This document shows, piece by piece, positions 25,677 to 32,000 of a stretch of DNA of 32,000 bases. Source of the DNA: Sinorhizobium meliloti (GTDB lineage Bacteria > Pseudomonadota > Alphaproteobacteria > Rhizobiales > Rhizobiaceae); contig NZ_JAGIOS010000001.1 of assembly GCF_017876815.1 (NCBI RefSeq), forward strand, positions 2,970,001-3,002,000, written 5' to 3'. The translations under genes and the position numbers were made by a program. Each line of letters opens with the position of its first letter. Within the stretch, counting starts at the first letter, position 1. The notes beneath the pieces were generated by a model. That model worked only from the letters and a program-made list of their open reading frames with translations. It did no database searches and was not told where the DNA came from.

Positions 25677-26297
25677 TCAAACCTCGATCAGCGATGTCGT
25701 AAGATCGCCATAGCCGGTATAACGGTACTCATATTCGAGCCCGAGAGTAACGGCGGCGCGCCGGGCCTTTTCCTGCAACGCGGCGTCCTCCTGCTGGGAG
25801 AGATAGACGAGCTTGCGGTAGTGGCCGAAATACATGTCGCGCAGTTCAGGGTGCCGGTCGAGGCCGAGCGGCTCGATGACGAAGGCTTCGAACTGCCGGG
25901 CAAGGAAATCCGTCAGGAAGAAAGCTGTGATGTCATCGTCCCAGCGGGCTGCGAAGTCCGCGTTTCCGGCGAAGAACGAGTAGCAATGCGGACCCGGGAT
26001 GCGCGTCACCCCTTCCTCTTCGCAGAGTCGGTCGATAAGCCCGCCGGTGCCGCAATCGGCATAGGCGATGAAGATGCGCTCGAAACCGTTGGCGCGCGCC
26101 CGGGTGATAGCCTCACGCAGGCCCGGAGTGATCTTCTCCGGCGTGTTGTGCCAGATGGCCGGCAGACAGTTGAGCTCGATGTGATCAAGCCCGTTGGCCG
26201 CGCAGACGGCAAGAATTTCGCGCGCGATCGCGCCGCAACCAATGACATGAACTTTCTTCGGTTGTGCACGTTCTCTTGCCGACGTTGCGTTTTCCAT
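25677..26297 (-). CDS. DUF1638 domain-containing protein
   Basis: From ATG 26297 the translation reads KKVHVIGCGAIAREI...LPAIWHNTPEKI...FIAYADCGTGG...IPGPHCYSFF. This matches the DUF1638 pattern seen next to corrinoid methyltransferase genes. Confidence 0.75.
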   Translation of the reverse strand: MENATSARERAQPKKVHVIGCGAIAREILAVCAANGLDHIELNCLPAIWHNTPEKITPGLREAITRARANGFERIFIAYADCGTGGLIDRLCEEEGVTRIPGPHCYSFFAGNADFAARWDDDITAFFLTDFLARQFEAFVIEPLGLDRHPELRDMYFGHYRKLVYLSQQEDAALQEKARRAAVTLGLEYEYRYTGYGDLTTSLIEV

Positions 26298-26336
26298 CTT
26301 TATTCCGCCTTGCATCAACACAAAGGAATCACGGTC

Positions 26337-26495
26337 ATGACGACAAAATCCATCGCGACCATCGGAGCCGTTCTGATAGCGCTGGCAGCCCTGAGTTCCT
26401 GCGCAAATACGATCCGCGGCGCAGGACAGGATACTGCAAACGCAGTCAACGCGACACAGGGAGCCGGCCAACGGGTCGCCAAGGCCGCCAACTGA
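26337..26495 (+). CDS. Entericidin A/B-family lipoprotein (second paralogue)
   Basis: RBS AAGGAA. The translation is MTTKSIATIGAVLIALAALSSCANTIRGAGQDTANAVNATQGAGQRVAKAAN. Confidence 0.75.
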   Translation: MTTKSIATIGAVLIALAALSSCANTIRGAGQDTANAVNATQGAGQRVAKAAN

Positions 26496-26526
26496 CGGCA
26501 CCCGGTAAGTGCTCTTTCCGAAAAAC

Positions 26527-26568
26527 AAAAAGCCGGCTGCTCGTTTCACACGGGCAGCCGGCTTTTTT
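26527..26568. terminator. Strong bidirectional rho-independent terminator (14-bp stem with flanking A and T tracts)
   Basis: The stem is aaaaagccggctgc-(13 nt)-gcagccggcttttt(t). It lies between the entericidin stop (26495) and the corrinoid protein stop (26583). Confidence 0.8.
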
Positions 26569-26582
26569 CATGTCAGATCGTC

Positions 26583-27281
<699 letters not shown>

Positions 27282-27804
27282 AGTTGGGTTCCTCGGTTCC
27301 TGGCACAGTCATTTCGCACGGGTGGCACGAGAGATGGCACAATCCGGACGCGTTGCCCAATCCTTAGCGGGCTACACCTAAAAATCTCTTGTTGAAAGCG
27401 ACGTCGCATATGATGAAAAACGACGGCGCCCCGCGTAAATGCTCCCATGCGACAGCGGTAGCGCATTATTCCGCGGTTCGGAATCTGCCGCCTGCAAAAT
27501 TATGCAGCACTTCAAGGCGTTAGAGTGGCGCTTGCGCGGTCCCGATCTGAAGCAGCGAAAGACGCACGCTCGACGCACTGCAATGGGAGCGACCGCAGAC
27601 CGAGTGTCTAAGATGCGCCAGCCGTTGGCGCATTAAGACCCGTACCGGTCCGGCGCCTTGGTAGCATTAGGCTAAATCGACTACCGGATGCATATGCCCG
27701 CCGCTGGATTTAGCCTCGCGAAAGGGGTATGCGCCCACCCATCAAAGTGTTGCGGCGTTCATCGCGCATGATGCGCGGAGCACCGCGGGAAGAGGAATGA
27801 GCGA

Positions 27805-29379
27805 ATGAGCGACGTTACAGAACAAGGTGCGGCCGAAGGCGGCGGACGCCGCGCGCGTGGTGAGGGGCGGGGAGCGGCAGCGCGTCGCGCTTCCCGCACC
27901 GGCGGTGGCCCGGGACCGTCTCTGCCCTATATCCAACGCAGGATTCGCGAATACGAAGTTCTTGACGAGGAAGGGCTGCAGCTCATCGAACGCAACGCCG
28001 ACGTCGTTCTCGAAGAGATCGGCATCGAGTTTCGCGACGATGCCGAAGCGCTCGATCTGTGGAAGGCCGCTGGTGCCGACGTGCGCGGTCAACGCGTGCA
28101 TTTCCCCAAGGGACTTTGCCGCGAGCTCTTGAAGACGGCGCCGAAGGACTTTACCTGGCACGCGCGCAACCCGGAGCGCAACGCTCAGATCGGCGGCAAG
28201 GCGACCGTCTTCGCGCCGGTTTACGGCCCGCCCTTCGTGCGCGATCTCGACGGCAACCGCCGCTATGCGACGATCGAGGATTTCCGCAACTTCGTGAAGC
28301 TCGCCTATATGGCGCCGTCGATGCACTCATCGGGCGGCACGGTTTGCGAGCCGGTCGATATCGCCGTCAACAAGCGCCACCTCGATATGGTTTATAGCCA
28401 TATCCGTTATTCCGACAAACCCTTCATGGGGTCGGTCACCGCGCCCGAGCGCGCCGAAGACACGGTCGCAATGGCGAAGATCCTTTTCGGCGACGATTTC
28501 GTCGAGAACAATGCGGTGACGTTGAACCTCATCAACGCCAACTCGCCGCTGGTCTTCGACGAGACGATGCTCGGTGCCGCGAAGGTCTACGCCCGCCATA
28601 ACCAGGCTTGCGTCGTTTCGCCCTTCATCCTGTCGGGCGCGATGAGCCCAGTCACGGTCGCCGGCACACTGACGCAGATCCTCGCCGAAGTGCTGGCAGG
28701 CGCGGCCTTTACCCAGCTCATCCGCAAGGGCGCGCCGGTGCTGTTCGGCACCTTCGCCGCGTCGATTTCGATGCAGTCGGGCGCGCCGACCTTCGGCACG
28801 CCGGAGCCGTCGCTCGTCTCCTACGGCGCTGCTCAGCTTGCTCGCCGCCTCGGCCTGCCGTTCCGTACCGGCGGTTCGCTCTGCGGCTCGAAGGTTCCGG
28901 ATGCGCAGGCCGCGCATGAATCGGCAAATACGCTGAACATGACGCTGCTTGCCGGCACCAATTTCGTGCTGCATGCGGCCGGCTGGCTCGAGGGCGGTCT
29001 CGTCTCATCCTACGAGAAGTTCATGATCGACCAGGATCAGCTCGGCATGATGCAGAAGATGGCCGAGGGCGTGGACCTTTCCGAAGACGCGCAGGCGCTC
29101 GACGCCATCCGCGAAGTCGGCCCGGGCAGCCACTATCTCGGCTGTGCACATACGCAGGCGAACTTCCAGAGCGCCTTCTATCGCTCGCCGCTCGCCGACA
29201 ACAACTCCTTCGAGCAGTGGGAGATCGAGGGCGAAAAGCGGATCGAACAGCGCGCCAACGCGCTCGCCCGCTCGTGGCTCGAACATTATGAGGCGCCCTA
29301 TCTCGATCCGGCGATCGACGAGGCGCTGAAGGAATTCATCGCGAAGCGCAAGGACTCGATGCCCGACGCCTTCACCTGA
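27805..29379 (+). CDS. MttB-superfamily (trimethylamine methyltransferase family) protein, non-pyrrolysine type; substrate:corrinoid methyltransferase
   Basis: Uninterrupted 524-aa ORF with no in-frame TAG. The N-terminal pattern is typical of the family (YEVLDEEGLQLIERNADVVLEEIGIEFRDDAEALDLWKAAGADV) and the length fits. It is divergent from the corrinoid protein gene. Confidence 0.85.
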   Translation: MSDVTEQGAAEGGGRRARGEGRGAAARRASRTGGGPGPSLPYIQRRIREYEVLDEEGLQLIERNADVVLEEIGIEFRDDAEALDLWKAAGADVRGQRVHFPKGLCRELLKTAPKDFTWHARNPERNAQIGGKATVFAPVYGPPFVRDLDGNRRYATIEDFRNFVKLAYMAPSMHSSGGTVCEPVDIAVNKRHLDMVYSHIRYSDKPFMGSVTAPERAEDTVAMAKILFGDDFVENNAVTLNLINANSPLVFDETMLGAAKVYARHNQACVVSPFILSGAMSPVTVAGTLTQILAEVLAGAAFTQLIRKGAPVLFGTFAASISMQSGAPTFGTPEPSLVSYGAAQLARRLGLPFRTGGSLCGSKVPDAQAAHESANTLNMTLLAGTNFVLHAAGWLEGGLVSSYEKFMIDQDQLGMMQKMAEGVDLSEDAQALDAIREVGPGSHYLGCAHTQANFQSAFYRSPLADNNSFEQWEIEGEKRIEQRANALARSWLEHYEAPYLDPAIDEALKEFIAKRKDSMPDAFT

Positions 29380-29486
29380 AAGGCTCCCGAGCGAGCCAGG
29401 GAGCAAGGCGGCGCGGCGCAGGTGGCCGATATGATACAGAAAGAGGTCTGGCGCCCGCATTACGAAACTCAAGGGCCGAAACCGAA

Positions 29487-30191
29487 ATGACGGCTCCTTA
29501 CGCATCGGAAAGCGATGTGCTTGAAACCATCCGTGCGGCGCTTGCGCCGCACGGTCTTTTTTTGCGCGGAACCATCAATTTCGCGCCGGGCGAGGCGGGA
29601 CCAACGCTCGAAGGCGGCAAGCCCGCAGCGTGCGTGGTGCTGATCGGCAATGTCGGCGGCTCGGTCTGGGAGCCTTTCCGCCGGTGGCGCGAAGGCGAAC
29701 CCGACGGCGGCGGTGCGGAGCCGCTCGACAACTGGTCGAAACAGGTCATCCGCCCGGCGGCTGCGGCAGCAGGCGCCTCGGCGTATTTTCCGTCCGATCC
29801 CCCTTGGCAGCCCTTCCAGCAATGGGCAATGCGTGCCGAAGGGCTGAAGCCGTCGCCGCTCGGCATCCTCATTCATCCGCTCTACGGTCTATGGCACGGC
29901 TATCGCGGCGCGCTTGCGTTCGATCGAGCCATGCCGGTGACGGGCGAGCCGGCGGGTGGCCACCCCTGCGAAACCTGTGTTGGAAGGCCCTGCCTTTCCA
30001 CCTGCCCGGCGGATGCTTTGGCAGGCGCTACATTCGATATCGGGCGCTGCCGCGCGCATCTGAGAACCGGGGAAGGGGTGGCCGGCTGCCTTGCTCACGG
30101 CTGCCTGTCGCGCGATGCCTGTCCGGTTGGGCGCGACTATCGCTATCCGGTGGGGCAGTTGCGTTTCCATATGGCGGCGATCGAGTTTTAA
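29487..30191 (+). CDS. Ferredoxin-like Cys-rich protein (QueG/reductive-dehalogenase-related [4Fe-4S] C-terminal region)
   Basis: 234 aa. C-terminal Cys motifs are CETCVGRPCLSTCP and C..HL..G....C...GC.SRDACPVG. It starts 107 nt downstream of mttB on the same strand. Confidence 0.55.
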   Translation: MTAPYASESDVLETIRAALAPHGLFLRGTINFAPGEAGPTLEGGKPAACVVLIGNVGGSVWEPFRRWREGEPDGGGAEPLDNWSKQVIRPAAAAAGASAYFPSDPPWQPFQQWAMRAEGLKPSPLGILIHPLYGLWHGYRGALAFDRAMPVTGEPAGGHPCETCVGRPCLSTCPADALAGATFDIGRCRAHLRTGEGVAGCLAHGCLSRDACPVGRDYRYPVGQLRFHMAAIEF

Positions 30192-30264
30192 TCAGAGCGC
30201 GCCCACATAAATCCGCTGCAATCCATGCGATGCTACGTCGTATGATTCCCTCCGGGTCTGTTCG

Positions 30265-31017
30265 ATGCCGCTGTTTACAAGAGCCTTCATCGCCGGCGCC
30301 GCCCTTCTATCCGCCGGTCTCGCTACACCCGCGTTCGGTGCCTGCCGCGATGTTCGCCACCTCGGCGAAACCTACCTCGCCTGCAGCTTCGACCCGGCGA
30401 CGAGCGACATACGACTCTACAACAAGGACCAGGCGGGCGTGCCGTTCAGGTCCTTCAGAGCGCTGTCGCTCGAACTTCGTCGTCGCGAACAGTATCTCGT
30501 CTTCGCAATGAACGGCGGCATGTACCACGAGGACCTCGCTCCGGTCGGGCTGCATGTGGAGGAGGGCGCGGAGCAGGCGCCGCTCAATACAAATCCGGGT
30601 TGGGGCAACTTTCACATGCTGCCGAACGGCGTCTTTTATGTCGGCGACGGCAAGGCCGGGGTCATGGCTGCGGAGGCCTATCGCCTTGCCGGCATCGAGC
30701 CGCGTTTCGCGACGCAATCCGGTCCGATGCTCGTCATCGACGGTGCGCTGCATCCCCGTTTCCTGCCGGATAGCGACAGCCTCAAGACCCGCAACGGCGT
30801 CGGGGTGACGCCCAATGGCCAGGTGGTCTTCGCCGTGTCGAAACGGCCGGTGCGCTTTCACGATTTCGCGACCTTGTTTCGCGACGCGCTGGATTGCCCC
30901 AATGCGCTCTTTCTGGATGGCACGATCTCGAGCCTTTATGCGCCGGAGATCAATCGGCACGACCGGCTGTTTCCGCTCGGCCCGATCATCGCTGTCGTCG
31001 CGAAGTTTCCGCGCTGA
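30265..31017 (+). CDS. Phosphodiester glycosidase-family (DUF2233/NAGPA-like) secreted protein
   Basis: A signal peptide is present. The translation also contains FAMNGGMY, NFHMLPNGVF, QSGPMLVIDG, RNGVGV and ALFLDGTISS. Confidence 0.75.
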   Translation: MPLFTRAFIAGAALLSAGLATPAFGACRDVRHLGETYLACSFDPATSDIRLYNKDQAGVPFRSFRALSLELRRREQYLVFAMNGGMYHEDLAPVGLHVEEGAEQAPLNTNPGWGNFHMLPNGVFYVGDGKAGVMAAEAYRLAGIEPRFATQSGPMLVIDGALHPRFLPDSDSLKTRNGVGVTPNGQVVFAVSKRPVRFHDFATLFRDALDCPNALFLDGTISSLYAPEINRHDRLFPLGPIIAVVAKFPR

Positions 31018-31081
31018 CTTGCGATCGGATGTATTATAAGTCTAATATTGACAAAATATACAAATCCCGTCAGATGCCTGC

Positions 31082-31720
31082 ATGAAGACTGAACCCATCA
31101 TCCCCCAGAGTCTCGCGATCCACGCGCCGTCAGCCGCGGCGATTAATGCGCTGCTCTATCCCCATGCCGAGATCGTCCTGCACGATCTTGCGAGCGGGCG
31201 GATCGCCGCGATCTGGAATGCTTTTTCCGGCCGGGGCGTGGGCTTGGTATCGCTCATCGAGGATGGCCTCGGGGACATCGTTGAGGGCGCCTCCGTGCTT
31301 GGGCCCTACGAAAAGACGGGTGCGGATGGGCGGCGGCTGAAATCCGTATCCGCGGTGCTGCGCGACGGCGAAGAACGTGCCGTCGGGTTGCTCTGCATCA
31401 ATCTCGATGTTTCCCGTATCGACGACGCCGTGAGGCTGCTCGCGGCCTTTGCCGGCACGCCGGAACGACGGCCGCAGGCATTGTTTTCGCGCGACTGGCG
31501 CGAGGAGATCAATGCAGCGCTGCACGCTTGGCTAAAGGTGAGGGGCCTTGCGCTTTCCGCCTTGAAGCGCCCGGATCGCGTGGCCCTGGTTGCGGCACTC
31601 GAAGAGCAGGGGCTCTTCAAGACCCGCAACGCCGTCGACCATCTGGCAAGCCTGATCGGCACCTCGCGCGCATCCATCTACAACTATCTCTCAGCCGCGC
31701 GCGACGAAGGCGCCGCCTGA
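31082..31720 (+). CDS. YheO/DauR-like transcriptional regulator (PAS-like N-domain + C-terminal HTH)
   Basis: The translation reads LYPHAEIVLHDLASGRIAAIWNAFSGR...LGPYEK...GLLCINLDVS and ends with the HTH segment AVDHLASLIGTSRASIYNYL. Confidence 0.75.
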   Translation: MKTEPIIPQSLAIHAPSAAAINALLYPHAEIVLHDLASGRIAAIWNAFSGRGVGLVSLIEDGLGDIVEGASVLGPYEKTGADGRRLKSVSAVLRDGEERAVGLLCINLDVSRIDDAVRLLAAFAGTPERRPQALFSRDWREEINAALHAWLKVRGLALSALKRPDRVALVAALEEQGLFKTRNAVDHLASLIGTSRASIYNYLSAARDEGAA

Positions 31721-31758
31721 ATGAGCACCGAGCCTCGCCTTCAAAGGGAAGAACGACC

Positions 31759-32000
31759 ATGACGACCTTGCCGGCCTTCCGCCTCGAGACGCATTTCTCG
31801 CGCTGGGAGTTCACGGCGCGCCACCACATGACCGCGAGCGACAGCGAAACCATGTCGATGGCCGAACTTCTTTCGCTTGCCGACGAGGCCGATCGCGACG
31901 CGTGGGAGCGGCTGACGCTCGGCTATACGGAGACCCATGGCGCTCCGGCGCTCCGCAAGGCGATCGCCGCGACCTACGAAGGGCTTGAGCCGGAAGATAT
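31759..32000 (+). CDS. PLP-dependent aminotransferase (class I/II), 3' end outside window
   Basis: Hand translation gives MTTLPAFRLETHFSRWEFTARHHMTASDSETMSMAELLSLADE...LGYTETHGAPALRKAIAATYEG. RBS AGGGAAG. The frame is open to the window end. Confidence 0.75.
   Translation, partial: MTTLPAFRLETHFSRWEFTARHHMTASDSETMSMAELLSLADEADRDAWERLTLGYTETHGAPALRKAIAATYEGLEPED

Noticed and set aside
25596-26336. The upstream 247 codons of the 299-aa + strand ORF that ends in the second entericidin.
   Set aside because: Only the last 52 codons, from ATG 26337 with RBS AAGGAA, have signal-peptide, lipobox and entericidin features. The rest is antisense to the DUF1638 gene.
27439-27636. 65-aa (+) and 66-aa (-, 27378-27578) ORFs in the mttB/corrinoid intergenic region.
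   Set aside because: They have no RBS, their composition is basic and low in complexity, and I recognise no motif. I treat the region as regulatory or non-coding.
27282-27804. Cobalamin riboswitch controlling the corrinoid protein or mttB. I also looked upstream of the THF operon, at 23334-23639.
   Set aside because: I could not recognise a B12-box-like core or the typical GGUGAAAAUCC/GCCACUG elements on either strand. This is a rejection by eye only.
27805-29379. In-frame amber (pyrrolysine) codon in the MttB-family gene.
   Set aside because: The ORF is uninterrupted for 524 codons and no pyl genes are nearby, so this is a non-Pyl member.

Overview
High-GC (~60%+) alphaproteobacterial DNA. 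Gene content points to Rhizobiaceae (Sinorhizobium/Ensifer/Rhizobium type): dmeRF, BA14K, DUF1127, entericidins, RIME-like palindromic repeats. This taxonomic call is inference from protein motifs only. I found no rRNA, tRNA, IS element, prophage or CRISPR. About 40 genes are supportable. The left third (1-17 kb) holds housekeeping and accessory genes: an MscK-like channel, TerC, a DHFR-like protein, a class III cyclase, an RTX-type Ca-binding protein, a double-receiver response regulator, a GlxA/AraC regulator, the Ni/Co efflux pair dmeR-dmeF, a LysR regulator with two small DUF1127-type genes, and an ArsR-SRPBCC pair. The most interesting part is 17.1-30.2 kb. It contains a complete corrinoid-dependent methyl-transfer and C1-tetrahydrofolate gene set. 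Its members are a non-pyrrolysine MttB-family methyltransferase, a B12-binding corrinoid protein, a pterin-binding methylcorrinoid:THF methyltransferase, a [2Fe-2S]-ASKHA reductive activase, MetF plus a MetV-like MTHFR pair, a 'virulence factor'-family protein, DUF1638, a formyltransferase-family protein and a ferredoxin-like protein. The set is split into several transcription units and interleaved with small envelope-protein genes (BA14K, an untracked 57-aa lipoprotein, two entericidin paralogues). The methyl-donor substrate cannot be read from the sequence. Other points worth a second look are a perfect 3 x 103 bp tandem array of a double-hairpin element, a GCGAC-dense 230 bp block with overlapping small ORFs, an AT-rich island with tandem 21/22-bp repeats upstream of the RTX gene, and a 520-bp structured intergenic region between mttB and the corrinoid protein gene. 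All calls rest on reading the translations and sequence by eye. No database search was possible.
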